From an uncultured delta proteobacterium (GTDB lineage: Bacteria; Desulfobacterota; Binatia; UBA9968): DNA of 64,000 nucleotides. The notes below the pieces were generated by a model. The model searched no databases, had not been told where the DNA came from, and saw nothing but the letters and a program-made list of their open reading frames with translations. A program made the position numbers and the translations under genes. Numbering within the stretch: position 1 is the stretch's first letter; the number at the start of each line of letters is the position of its first letter. Where the stretch lies: the NCBI GenBank assembly GCA_963847445.1, contig CAWJZV010000046.1, forward strand, positions 128,001-192,000. Reading direction: 5' to 3'. Positions 32,167 through 42,814 of this stretch are shown piece by piece.

Positions 32167-33652
32167 GAAGCGTTCCCAGGCGGCGCCGCCGAAACTGTTA
32201 TTCGAGAGCGGCTCGCCGGGGCGCAGTGCCATCGAGTGGGCCGTCAGAGGGCGGTAAGGTCGAAGAGTCGATTCCGTCACATTTACTGCGCCGGGACATC
32301 GACGGCTTCCCAGAGCTTGGCGAGCTTGAAGTGCTGCGTCATTTCACCGGGCTGTCGCAACGCAACTTCTCCATCGAGAGCCAGTTCTACCCGTTGGGCT
32401 CTTGCACGATGAAGTACAATCCCAAGATCAACGAAGTCGTGGCGCGTTTTCCCGGCTTCGCGCAGCTCCATCCAATGGCGCCGCCCGAGCATCTGCAAGG
32501 CGCGCTGGCGCTGCTCTTCGAGCTCGAGCAGATGCTCGCCGAAGTGAGCGGCATGGAGCATGTGAGTTTGCAGCCTTCCGCGGGCGCGCAGGGCGAGCTC
32601 ACCGGTTTGATGCTGATTCGCGCCTGTCTGAGTGAGCGCGGCGATCCGCGCAAAAATATCATCGTGCCCGACACTGCCCATGGCACCAACCCGGCGAGTT
32701 CAACTTTATGCGGCTACGACGTGATCCAGATTTCCTCCAACGACAAAGGCGTTATCGACGCCGCCGCGGTGGAAAAAGTCATGGATCGAGACGTCGCGGC
32801 GATCATGATTACCAATCCCAATACCCTCGGCCTGTTCGAGAGCAATATCGAAGCGATCGGCCAAATAGTCCACGCCAAAGGCGGCATGGTTTACTTGGAC
32901 GGAGCGAACTTAAACGCGCTCATGGGCGTGGCCAAGCCGGGCCATATGGGCGTCGACGTTTTGCACATGAATTTGCACAAGACCTTCTCCACGCCCCATG
33001 GCGGCGGCGGTCCGGGGGCGGGGCCGGTGGGCGTCAAGGCGCAATTGCGCGACTATCTGCCGGTGCCACGGATCGTCCAGGCGGGCGACAAATTTGTCTT
33101 GGACGAGAACGAGCCCAAGTCGGTGGGCCGGGTGCGCTCGTTTCTCGGCAACTTCGGCGTGCTCTTGCGCGCTTACACCTATATTCTTTCACTCGGCGGC
33201 GACGGCCTTGCGGAGGCGAGCCGCATGGCGTTGCTCAACGCCAACTACATTCGCAAGAAACTCGAAAAGAGCTACCAACTGGCCTACAACGAGCCGTGCA
33301 TGCATGAGTGCATTCTGACCGATCGTATGCAGCACAAAAATGGCGTGAGCACTCTCGATATCGCCAAGCGGCTGCTCGACTACGGCTATCATCCGCCGAC
33401 GATTTATTTTCCGCTGGTGGTTTCCGGCGCCTTGATGATCGAGCCGACCGAAACCGAATCGCCGGAAACCTTGGATGGATTTTGCGACGCGATGTTGGCC
33501 ATCGCCCAGGAAGCGAAAGACGACCCCGAGCTGGTCAAGAGCGCGCCCCATTCCACTCCCGTGCGCCGGCTCGACGAGGCGCGCGCGGCGCGAAAGCCGG
33601 TGCTGCGCTGGGAGACGCGGTCAGGCGAAGAACGGATCGGCCGACGCAATAG
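32144..33652 (+). CDS. gcvPB: Glycine dehydrogenase subunit B; ends approximate
   Basis: LLFESGSPGR, YPLGSCTMKYNPK, AHGTNPAS, PLP motif MNLHKTFSTPHGGGGPG, LMIEPTETES. Confidence 0.93.
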
Positions 33653-33680
33653 TCTATCGACAACCGAGCGCCAGCTTGGC

Positions 33681-34537
33681 TCAGCGGGTGGAGGGGTAAT
33701 TAAGTCGATTGTCGTGGTACTCCATCGTGGCCGAAATCGGCAGCGGATCGTTCTTGATCCACGACGGAATCGGCGCGAAATGGCGCAGCCGCTTTGATCG
33801 CACGCAGCGCTTCGTCGTCGAGCAACTGGGAGCCGGAAGATCGCACCAGTCGCAAATGTTCAAGTTGACCGTTGGCGCCGATGGCGAACTCCAAAAACAG
33901 CGTTCCTTGCAGACCGTAACGTTTCGCGAGTTCAGGATATTCCCATTTCTGGTTGATCGCTTGCTTGATTCGATTGAAATAATTCATGTAGGCAGGATCA
34001 TTGGTGTTCAAACTGACCGGTGCGCTGCTTCGTCCGCCGCTCGCTTGAATAGGTAAGCGGCGGTAAGAGCTCTTTGACCGTCGGCAGCCGGCGCTCGGCA
34101 ACCACGCTCTTTTCGATCGGCAGCTCGCGTTGGTTGGTCAGCCGATGTCGGGACTGGCAGTCCGGCGACCTGTTCGTCGCGGTTGCGTTCGGCTAGCGAG
34201 GACTTTTCAATGGCGACGGCAGTTTTCTCCGCGGTAGTACTGCGGGTGCGCTCTCGGGCTTGGTTGGCTTGGGCGCCGCAATTCTTTCCTTCTGGCGATC
34301 GGTGAGTCCTTTTTGGCGACGATTGCCGGGGTTTGACGATCTTGGTCGCCGCGGGCGGCGCGGCCGCGAGCCAAAACTCTCTCGCCGGGCGGCAGTAGCG
34401 AAACCGGGATCGCCGGTGGCTCGGCGCGTGTGCTTCCACGCCAATTTTTGCTTTAGGATGAAGTAGCAAAATACCGCGGCATGGATCGCCAGTGAAAGCC
34501 CAAAGAAGCGCGTCAGGGTGATGTTCAATCGTGCCAC
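33681..34537 (-). CDS. TonB family energy transducer; frameshifted
   Basis: N-terminal TM with SLAIH motif, Pro/Lys-rich linker, C-terminal YPELAKRYGLQG..SSGSQLLDDEALRAIKAAAPF. Confidence 0.8.
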
Positions 34538-34630
34538 GATGGTATAATCTAGGTCGATATCGGCAAGGAAGTTTGCGTCGATAATTAATTCTTGCCATGG
34601 CGCAGTTGCCGCTAGGCGTCTGGAGGACCG

Positions 34631-34816
34631 ATGTTTGGGTTTGGCATAGGCGAATTACTAGTGGTGCTGGTTATCGTTCTGGTGCTGTTCAGCAACCGGC
34701 TGCCGGACCTCGGTGAGGGCATCGGCAGGAGCATTCGCAAGTTTCGCAAAGCGGTCAACCAAGCCGATGAGGTCGATATTACTCCGAAAAAAAAGGATTC
34801 AGACGAATCGCCGTGA
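34631..34816 (+). CDS. tatA: Twin-arginine translocase TatA/E subunit
   Basis: MFGFGIGELLVVLVIVLVLF..LPDLGEGIGRSIRKFRKA; RBS GGAGG. Confidence 0.88.
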   Translation: MFGFGIGELLVVLVIVLVLFSNRLPDLGEGIGRSIRKFRKAVNQADEVDITPKKKDSDESP

Positions 34817-34829
34817 TAGTCGGCCCCAA

Positions 34830-35878
34830 TCAAACTTCGCCGTCGGCGAGCACGACTTCCAAGCTGAAGTCTTTGACCTGCTTGGCCGGTTTCAAGAATA
34901 CCATGGTAAAAGCTATCGAATCCCCCGGCGGGAGCTCGAAACTCTTGAGCGGTTTCAAGATCCTGCAAGTGCGGAATGTCTTCCGCGGTCATACCGCGGA
35001 TGATCTTCGGTGAGAGCGTATTGCCGATCCAGATGGTTTGCTTCTCGATCTCTTTGCCTTCGAGATTGAAGACCGTGCCGGTGACCTTTACTTCCCGAAT
35101 CACGACCGGATTCTGATTGAAGGCGACGCCGGTGAGCACCAACACCTCGCGGTCCCCGTGAATATTCTGGTAGCCCGTGCGCAGGGATCGCAGCAGGACC
35201 CCATCTTTCAAGTGATTATTTTTCAGCACCGTGGCGCCGACGTAGGGAATCTTTTTGACCAGGTTCTCCATCGCCGCCGGCTTGGCATGGGTCATCGCCG
35301 ACAGCAGTGAAAAACCGATTAGTAAAAGTCCAAACAAGCTCAAATACGGACGGATCGAGGCGCGTTGATCGACATAAGAGGACATCGCCAGGATATTGGC
35401 GGGATTGTCCTGTTCTTCTTTTAGCTGTGGCGCGGCGAATGCGCGTTCGTTCTCTTCAAAGTTGTTCGGGTATGTCGACAATCTTTTCCTGCTTGCGGTT
35501 CGCCGCAGCCGCCAGCATTGTGAACGGTGATTCGGGTAAGGGGTTGGACGGTTCAGAATTCAACGACCATTGATCCGGCGCCGAACGATTCGGTGTTTCC
35601 GTGGATGGATTCGCTGCCCCAGCCGCGGGTTGGCGAGGCTTGTCGGTTTTGGCAGCCGGCGGCGGGGAAAAGCTGAAGGTCAATTCTCGGTCCTGAGACT
35701 CTGGGGCTACCGCGGCGTCGCTCGGTACAGGTTTCTCCGGCGTGGCTGGGGCGATTTCGGCGTCTTCGAGTTCGAAGCTATGCTTGCAGCGTGAGCAACG
35801 AAATGCCGGTGCGGCGCCTTTGACGATTTCATTAGCGACCCTATAGGTGGTACGGCAACTCGGACATTGAACTAACAT
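34830..35878 (-). CDS. Zinc-ribbon (MJ0042-type finger) / DUF3426-like membrane protein; frameshifted
   Basis: MLVQCPSCRTTY..FRCSRCKHSF, Pro-rich linker, one TM segment, beta-rich C-terminal domain (VLVLTGVAFN). Confidence 0.75.
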
Positions 35879-35994
35879 GAAAAATCCTTTAGCGAATACG
35901 GCACCTATCGAATCAGAAACGAAGGGAACTGGTGCAATTCTAGGGTAATTGACGAAAAGTGCAAGGATTTATGTTAGTGAGTCGTTTTAATAGC

Positions 35995-36022
35995 TGAATA
36001 ATCGTTTTCTGGCGGCGTCTAA
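35995..36022 (+). promoter_or_regulatory. Possible ECF (RpoE-like) autoregulatory promoter
   Basis: TGAATA-N16-GTCTAA, 15 bp upstream of the sigma gene start; resembles the RpoE-type GGAACT-N16-GTCTAA pattern. Confidence 0.4.
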
Positions 36023-36037
36023 AAGGGCAGGATCGTT

Positions 36038-36592
36038 GTGGAGTTGAGCGATTGGCAACTGGTTGAGAAGTGTCAAGCGGGCGATGCGAATGCGTTCCAG
36101 GAACTCGTTTCGCGCTATCATCAAAAGGTTTTCATGGTCATCCTCGGGCTGATGCGCAACCGCGAGGATGCCCTGGAAGTGGCCCAGGAAACTTTTTTTC
36201 GAGCGTTTCGCAAAATCAAAAGTTTTCAGGGCGGCTCGTCGTTTTATACATGGATTTATCGGATCGCGGTGAACAACGCGATCGACGCCCAACGCAAGCA
36301 GAAACGCAATCCGTTGGACTTTCACGAGACCATGGATGGGGTGTTCGAAGCGCGCAACGAGGTAGCCAAGGATCCGTTCGCCGATGTTCATGACCGCGAG
36401 CTACGTGAAAACATGAGCAAGGCGATCAACGAATTGACACCGGAGCACAAAGCCGTCATCGTCTTGCGAACGATTGAAGGCATGTCCTACAAGGATATTG
36501 GCGAGATTCTTGGTTGTTCCGAGGGCACGGTGATGAGCCGGTTGCATTACGCAAGAAAAAAATTGCAGGATAAGTTGAAAGCCTTTTTATGA
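36038..36592 (+). CDS. ECF RNA polymerase sigma factor (RpoE-like)
   Basis: GDANAFQELVSRY, DALEVAQETF, SSFYTWIYRIAVN, EGTVMSRLHYARKKL. Confidence 0.93.
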   Translation: MELSDWQLVEKCQAGDANAFQELVSRYHQKVFMVILGLMRNREDALEVAQETFFRAFRKIKSFQGGSSFYTWIYRIAVNNAIDAQRKQKRNPLDFHETMDGVFEARNEVAKDPFADVHDRELRENMSKAINELTPEHKAVIVLRTIEGMSYKDIGEILGCSEGTVMSRLHYARKKLQDKLKAFL

Positions 36593-37123
36593 GCCAATGT
36601 GAATCCTTTCAAGAATCGATCGGTCGTTGGCTGGACGGCGAGTTGCCACCGGCGGACAGCGAAGCGGTGCGTAGCCATGTGGCCAATTGCGCCGACTGCG
36701 GCGCGGCGCGCCAGCGTTTGGAAAAAATCCAGCTCACCCTCGGCACCATACTTACGGCAGAAGCGGCGCGGCTCGAATTTGCGCCATTCTGGCGCGAGGT
36801 GCAGCACCGTATCGAAGCGAAACGGTCGTGGCACGAAGAGCTGATCGAGGCGGTTCAGTCGTTAGTTTATCGTACCGCGTCTCGCCTGGGCGGTGCCGGC
36901 GGCGATCATGTCTGGTACTGGGTTTACTTATCGCTAACCAAATGGCCGGCTGGCGGTCGAGACTAACAACTACGCATCGGTGGAGTCGATCGACGCCCAT
37001 GGCCGCAACGTCGCGCTCTTACGCGAGGACAAAACCAAGACGACGATTATTTGGCTTTATCAAGATCCCGAAGGTGAAGACGAGAATGTCGAAGAAACTG
37101 CGAAATCCGGTCCTGCTTTTTAG
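36589..37123 (+). CDS. Zinc-finger (zf-HC2) transmembrane anti-sigma factor; frameshifted
   Basis: C..WLDGEL..HVANCADC; ATGA overlap with the sigma gene; TM segment then a short extracytoplasmic domain ending TTIIWLYQD. Confidence 0.82.
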
Positions 37124-37552
37124 CCTGGCATTTCTAGCGGCTCGCCGGCTGGCTGCATGCTGCGGATAAGCACTCCACAGTCCGTACAAGTGACGGTCCG
37201 ATCGATTTTGGCTGGCAGTAAAAGCGATGAGTTCGATCCTAAGCTCAAAGGCATGGAGCAGCAACTCAAACCATTGAAACACCGTTCCTACCGGGCGCTC
37301 AAGGATGAGACGCCAGAACTATCCCTTGGCAGGGCAGCAAGGCGTTCGAAATCCCCGGCGGCCGCTCGCTGACGATCGCGCACCCAGGAGTTTCAGAATG
37401 ATCGGATCGGTTTAAAGATTCGTTTGACCCAGGGCGACAAACCACTGATCGACACCACGGTCAAGATTGCCAATAAGGGGAATATTATTCTCGGCGGACC
37501 GGCCCATGAAGGCGGTTCGTTGATTTTGTCGATCTCAGCCGCGGCGCAGTAA
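37086..37552 (+). CDS. Exported hypothetical protein, third gene of the ECF operon; frameshifted
   Basis: Signal-like N-terminus, VQVTVRSILA..FDPKL..YRAL, FEIPGGRSL, LIDTTVKI..IILGGPAHEGGSLILSISA*. Confidence 0.6.
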
Positions 37553-37560
37553 CGATACGC

Positions 37561-37823
37561 TCAATCGATTACGTTTTTCTCAATTGGCTCGACGGCAACA
37601 CCTTTGCTTTTGAGCCAGCTGATCGCCTTCGCGACTTCGATCTCTTTGCCATCTATCTCCAACGCCAACAGCGCCAGATCCGCGGTGACCGTGGAGCTGC
37701 GGATGTTGAAAATCACGTCGAACTGTTTCGCTAACAGGCTCAAAACCGGTTCTTTGATCAGGCCTTTGGGAAAGGTGAGATAGACGCGTTCGCGCAGGAA
37801 TCGGGTTTTGCTTTTGTTGCCAT
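37561..37823 (-). CDS. Stand-alone NIL domain protein; frameshifted
   Basis: RERVYLTFPKGLIKEPV..QFDVIFNIRSSTV..LALEIDG..WLKSKGVAVEPIE. Confidence 0.8.
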
Positions 37824-37827
37824 CGGG

Positions 37828-38830
37828 TCAAATCGAAAATTTAAGGTTGCCGACCGCGGCGCGGTCGCGCCAGCCGACCCATAGATTAGTCGTCAGGTAT
37901 TTGTCGCCAAAGTCGGGGAAGATCGTGACCACGGTTCCAGAGCGAAGTTTGCGCGCGACTTGGAGCGCGGCGAACAGTGCAGCGCCGGAGGATTGGCCTA
38001 CCAGCACGCCTTCTTCCTGGCTCAAGCGATAGACCATCGCATAGGCGTCCTCGGTGGATACCGGGATTTTGCCGTCGAGTTCTTCTTCGTGATAGATGCC
38101 CGGCACGATGGAACTGGCCATGTGTTTCAGCCCTTCGAGGCCGTGCAATGCATCGTCCGGCTCCACCGCGATCACTTGGATCGATCGATTAACTTCTTTC
38201 AAATAGCGGCCGGTGCCCATGATCGTGCCGCCGGTGCCGATGCCGGCGACGAAATGGCTGATGGCTTGATTGGTTTGGCGGTAAATCTCCGGTCCGGTGT
38301 TTTCGTAATGGGCCTGGGGATTCATCGGATTGAAGTATTGGTCCGGTTTAAAATATTTCTCCGGATCGGCTTCGAGAAGCTTGCGGCACAAACGGATGGC
38401 GCCATCGGAGCCCTCCATCGGATCGCTAAAAATCATTTTGGCGCCATAGGCGTTGATGATTTGTTTGCGTTCGACGCTGACGTTGGCGGGGATAGCCAGC
38501 TCCACCGGATAGCCAAGGACGGCGCCGATCATCGCCAAGGCGATGCCGGTATTTCCCGAGGTCGAGTCGAGGATGGTTTTCCCGGGTCGGAGCTTCTGCG
38601 TATGCAACCCTTCCTGAATCATGCGCCATGCCGGACGGTCTTTGACTGAGCCGCCCGGATTGAAGCCTTCCAGTTTGGCGAAAATTCTGACGCCCTTCGG
38701 TAAGCCCGCGCCGATCCGCTGAATTTCCAAGAGCGGAGTGTTGCCGATCAGATCGAGGGTCGATTCGACCTTAATTGGCGCGTCCGAGATTCGCTGGAAC
38801 CAGGCGCAAGTTGGGCGAGGTCTGGGTCAT
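37828..38830 (-). CDS. cysM: PLP-dependent cysteine synthase, CysM-type; frameshift near the 5' end
   Basis: DLIGNTPL, AKLEGFNPGGSVKDR, DSTSGNTG, DQYFNPMN, AGIGTGGT, GQSSGAA, FPDFGDKYL. Confidence 0.85.
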
Positions 38831-38853
38831 CGTCGCGATCAAAGTTCGATCGA

Positions 38854-39132
38854 CTAACGCCCGCCGGCGATGGCGGGCACGATGGAAATGTTGTCGCCTT
38901 CCTTGACCGCCGTGTCGAGATTCTGCAGAAAGCGAATGTCGTCGCCGTTCACATAGACGTTGACGAAGCGGCGCACCTTGCCGGTTTCGTCGCAGATGCG
39001 CTCTTTGATGCCGGGATAGTTTTTTTCCAGATCGTCGACGAGAGACTTGACATTGCCGCCTGCGGCACTCACTTCGTCGGCCCCCTGCGTATACTTACGA
39101 AGCGGGGTGGGGACACGAACTCGCACGGCCAT
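38854..39132 (-). CDS. MoaD/ThiS/CysO-family ubiquitin-like sulfur carrier ending in -GG-R
   Basis: RBS AGGAGG; MAVRVRVPTPLRKYT..RRFVNVYVNGDDIRFL..ISIVPAIAGGR*. Confidence 0.92.
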   Translation of the reverse strand: MAVRVRVPTPLRKYTQGADEVSAAGGNVKSLVDDLEKNYPGIKERICDETGKVRRFVNVYVNGDDIRFLQNLDTAVKEGDNISIVPAIAGGR

Positions 39133-39142
39133 AACGAACCTC

Positions 39143-39421
39143 CTAAAAATTTCCAGTAAAATTGGCTGAGTGAATTGAGAATAATCCTTCACCCTGCGCC
39201 TTGCAAGGTGAGGGAGCTGCAACTTCGATCGGCAGGAGTTCGCGATAGCGCCACAGGTTGTGCGGCCGCGCGGCGATTTTGTCGCGGCTGATGGCTCGTT
39301 TGATCCCGTCGTAGTCGTAGCGAATGTCGAGTGGACCGAAACAGTCGTCGCACACATGTGTCGGCTGGTTGGCATATTGTTGCTTACACTCGCGGCACTC
39401 AAGGCCTTGGACGAAACTCAT
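39143..39421 (-). pseudogene. thrC: Truncated threonine synthase (N-terminal zinc-ribbon region only)
   Basis: MSFVQGLECRECKQQY..HVCDDCFGPLDIRYDY..LWRYRELLPIE is a typical ThrC N-terminus. The EGxTPL and PLP-lysine region is absent. Confidence 0.8.
39185..39215. repeat. CCCTCACC..GGTGAGGG-type hairpin at the thrC breakpoint
   Basis: TCCTTCACCCTGC-GCCTT-GCAAGGTGAGGGA. Confidence 0.65.
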
Positions 39422-39443
39422 GGCGATGATTTTATCGCTGGCA

Positions 39444-40233
39444 CTAAAGTTGTGTCGTCGCGGTTGTGCCGGTGCCGTCGCCGCAGGCGGCGCATTGCGG
39501 ATCGCGTCTGACTTCGACCTCGCGGAAGCGCATGTTCTTGGCGTCGTAGACCAATAAGCGGTCGGTGAGCAGGCCGTCCTCGAAGCCGGCCAAATATTTC
39601 ACCGCCTCGGTGGCCTGAATGGTGCCGATGGTGCCGGCCACGGCGCCGAGGATGCCGGAGGCTTGGCAGTTTAAGATCTCTTCTGGCGGCGGTGGGGCTT
39701 TGAACAGGCAGCGGTAGCAAGCGCTTTTGCCGCGGCACCACGGTCATGACTTGGCCCTGCAAGCGGACGATGCCGGCGTGGGAGAAAGCGATGCCCCACT
39801 TCACCGCCAGGTCGTTGACGAGAAATTTCGTGTCGAAGTTATCGCTGCCGTCGACGATGAAGTCGAAGCCCTTGGCGATTTGTTCGGCATTGCTCTCATC
39901 GAAGCGGACTGGATGGATGATCACTTCGACATCGGGATTGAGTGCGGTCAAGCTTGTTTTCGCCGACTCGACCTTGGGCCGGCCGATATCGGCGGTGGCA
40001 TGAAGGATCTGGCGTTGTAAATTCGACAGTTCCACTTTGTCCGCATCGACGATTCCCAGCGTGCCGATGCCGGCCGCGGCTAAATAAAGCGCCGCCGGCG
40101 AGCCCAAGCCGCCGGCGCCGATGACCAGCACGCGCGATTGGCACAGGCGCATCTGCGCTTTGCCGCCAAGATCGGGAACCATGATTTGGCGGCTGTAGCG
40201 TTCGATTTGCTCGCTGGTCAGACGGTCGGCCAT
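39444..40233 (-). CDS. moeB: MoeB/ThiF/HesA adenylyltransferase (no rhodanese domain); frameshift near 39727
   Basis: RYSRQI, IGAGGLGSP, VELSNLQRQILH, DGSDNFDTK, ACYRC, NCQASGILG, CAACG. Confidence 0.88.
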
Positions 40234-40360
40234 ATCGCGGTGCGCACTCGCTCAAAAATCTCTTTTGACAAACTTGGCTGTGAAGTCGCTTGGCAAGCTA
40301 ACGCACCGGCGCCGCCGAAGTCAACCAGGAACGCCGCGATCGGGAGCAAGTTACAGACGG

Positions 40361-41569
40361 TCAGTTTTCAGCCTGCAAGCGAAAGCCGTCGCGGCTTAAG
40401 CCATCGCGCAGTCGCTGAATATGTTCGGCGCCGGCGGTTTCCAGCACGAGTTCGACTTCGGTCTCGCCGATGGCGATGCGGCCGAAACCGCGGCTTTGGC
40501 CGATCTGTAAAATATTGGCGCCCAGCTCGGCGATGCGTTGGCTGAGGCGGGCGAGATTGCCAGGGCGGTCGGTGACGATCACATTCAACCGGCACTGGCG
40601 TCCATCCTGGATCATGCCGGTTTCGATGATGCGAGAGATCAGATTCATATCGATATTGCCGCCTGAGACGATGAGTCCGATGTTTTTGCCGGCGAGCGAG
40701 ATTTTTTTGTTCATCAATGCCGCCAAGGGCACGGCGGCGGCGCCTTCGGCAACGGTCTTTTCGATTTCCAGGAGCAGCAGCACCGCGTTGGCGATTTCGC
40801 CTTCGCTGACGGTGACGATTTCATCGACGAATTCTTTGACCAGGGCGAACGGGGTCTCACCGACTCGACGCACGGCGATGCCGTCGGCGATGGTGGTGGC
40901 GGGCGGCAGCCGAACCGGCGCGCCGCCGGCTAAGGCGGTTTTCATCGATGGCACGGCCTCGGCCTGGACGCCGATGATTGTGATTTTCGGATTCAATGTT
41001 TTCAGCACCATGGCGATGCCGGCGATCAATCCGCCGCCGCCTACCGGCACGACCACCGCATCGAGATCGGGATTTTGCTCGTACAGTTCGAGGCCGATGG
41101 TGCCTTGACCGGCGACGATCCAAGGATCGTTGAACGCCGAGACGAAGGTCATGCCTCGTTCTTGGCTCAGCCGCTGGGCTTCGGCGAGCGCGCTGTCATA
41201 GTCGTTGCCATGGAGCACGCTTTGCGCGCCGTATTGGCGCACCCGTGAGACTTTAATCAGCGGCGCGAATAGCGGCATGACGATGGTGGCGGCGATGTTT
41301 AACCTGTGGCTGTGAAACGCCAGAGCCATGCCGTGATTGCCGGCGCTGGCGGCGATCACGCCGCGTTGCGCTTCGTCAACGGAGAGCGTGAGCAAGCGGT
41401 TGAGCGCGCCGCGCTCTTTGAAGGAACCGGTCATTTGCAAGTTTTCCAACTTAAAAAAGACCCGGTTGCCGGTCATCCGGCTGATGGTCTCCGAGTAGGG
41501 AAACGGCGACAGATAGATTTGTTCTTTGATGCGCTCGCGCGCTTCTTCGACATCGACGAAGGTGATCAT
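40361..41569 (-). CDS. ilvA: Threonine ammonia-lyase with one C-terminal ACT domain
   Basis: FKLENLQMTGSFKERGA, ASAGNHG, PVGGGGLIAG, SGGNID, DRPGNL. Confidence 0.92.
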   Translation of the reverse strand: MITFVDVEEARERIKEQIYLSPFPYSETISRMTGNRVFFKLENLQMTGSFKERGALNRLLTLSVDEAQRGVIAASAGNHGMALAFHSHRLNIAATIVMPLFAPLIKVSRVRQYGAQSVLHGNDYDSALAEAQRLSQERGMTFVSAFNDPWIVAGQGTIGLELYEQNPDLDAVVVPVGGGGLIAGIAMVLKTLNPKITIIGVQAEAVPSMKTALAGGAPVRLPPATTIADGIAVRRVGETPFALVKEFVDEIVTVSEGEIANAVLLLLEIEKTVAEGAAAVPLAALMNKKISLAGKNIGLIVSGGNIDMNLISRIIETGMIQDGRQCRLNVIVTDRPGNLARLSQRIAELGANILQIGQSRGFGRIAIGETEVELVLETAGAEHIQRLRDGLSRDGFRLQAEN

Positions 41570-41651
41570 GATGGCGCAACGTTAGAATGAAAAGACTGGC
41601 GCATGCAAGGTCGATGGGGTAGAAAGGGAAAGGTAAAATTCAAAAAATTTA

Positions 41652-42803
41652 ATGGCAAAAACGTTTCGTCCTATGGCTGAATCCCACACAGATCCGACTG
41701 CCGCGGATGTCGCCCGTTACGGGCAGAATTATTTGATCGAGATGGACGGCATCGAACTCTATCGCGCTCTAGCGGCGGCGGAGAAGGACGACAAGCGCGC
41801 GGAGATTTTTCGCAAAATACTGCGTGCCGAAGAACGCCATGCGCAGCGCTGGGTGCGGTTGATTCAAACCAGCGGTGGCGTGCTGCCGACTTACCGTCGC
41901 AGCCTGCGCGTCCGTCTCCTCGGTTGGCTGGCGCGGCGCTTCGGCACCAATCGCGTGGTGCCGATCGTCAGCGCGCTCGAAGCGCGCGATGAACCGGGGT
42001 ACATGAATCAAAGCGAAGCCGAAGGGTTGCCAGCCGAGGAGCGCGCGCATAGCCGGGTGCTGCGTGAAATGGACGAAGGGCCGGCGTCGCAGGGCGATAT
42101 CGTCGGACGCGAGGCCTGGCATATGGCATCGCGCGCCGGTAGTTTGCGCGCTGCGGTGTTCGGCATCAATGACGGGCTGGTATCGAATTTCAGTTTGGTG
42201 ATGGGCTTTGCCGGCGCCGAGGCGAAACCGGAATATATTCTCCTCGCCGGCTGTGCTGGATTGTTGGCCGGCTCGTTCTCCATGGCCGCCGGCGAATATG
42301 TCTCGGTGCGGGCGCAGCGCGAGCTCTTCGAGCAGCAGATCGCCATGGAGCAACAAGAACTGGAAATGTCGCCCAAGGAAGAAGAAGAGGAACTGGCGCT
42401 GATTTACCAAGCCAAAGGGATTGCCGAAGTGGACGCGCGCATGATGGCGCGCCGTATCGTCGAGAACCCGCGCACCGCCATCGACACCCTGGCGCGCGAG
42501 GAGTTGGGGCTCGATCCGTCGCAGCTGGGTTCGCCGTGGGTGGCCGCTGGCAGTTCGTTTGTGGCGTTTATTCTCGGTGCGATCGTGCCGGTGATTCCCT
42601 ACATTGTGACCCGCGGCGGGACGGCGTTCTTGACCAGCGCGATCTTGAGTTGTCTAGCGCTATTCGCTGTCGGCGCGCTGTTGTCGATCTTTTCCGCCCG
42701 CGGCGCGCTGTTTAGCGGCGCCCGCATGCTCGCCATCGGCTTGTGCGCTTCGGCGATTACTTATGGCGTGGGTTGGCTACTTGGCGTGTCGGTAGCCGGT
42801 TAG
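41652..42803 (+). CDS. VIT1/CCC1 family transporter with N-terminal rubrerythrin-like domain
   Basis: EMDGIELYRALA..EERHA, EERAH; LRAAVFGINDGLVSN, SMAAGEYVSV. Confidence 0.88.
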   Translation: MAKTFRPMAESHTDPTAADVARYGQNYLIEMDGIELYRALAAAEKDDKRAEIFRKILRAEERHAQRWVRLIQTSGGVLPTYRRSLRVRLLGWLARRFGTNRVVPIVSALEARDEPGYMNQSEAEGLPAEERAHSRVLREMDEGPASQGDIVGREAWHMASRAGSLRAAVFGINDGLVSNFSLVMGFAGAEAKPEYILLAGCAGLLAGSFSMAAGEYVSVRAQRELFEQQIAMEQQELEMSPKEEEEELALIYQAKGIAEVDARMMARRIVENPRTAIDTLAREELGLDPSQLGSPWVAAGSSFVAFILGAIVPVIPYIVTRGGTAFLTSAILSCLALFAVGALLSIFSARGALFSGARMLAIGLCASAITYGVGWLLGVSVAG

Positions 42804-42814
42804 CGGCGCGCGTT

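Noticed and set aside
33652-33797. Long C-terminal extension of GcvPB overlapping tonB
   Set aside because: Similarity ends at RKPVLRW. The extension is antisense to tonB and probably results from an indel hiding the stop.
38854-39402. 182-aa ORF as an N-terminally extended sulfur carrier or a ThrC-MoaD fusion
   Set aside because: A strong AGGAGG RBS precedes the ATG at 39132, and the extension is an off-frame reading of the thrC stub plus hairpin.
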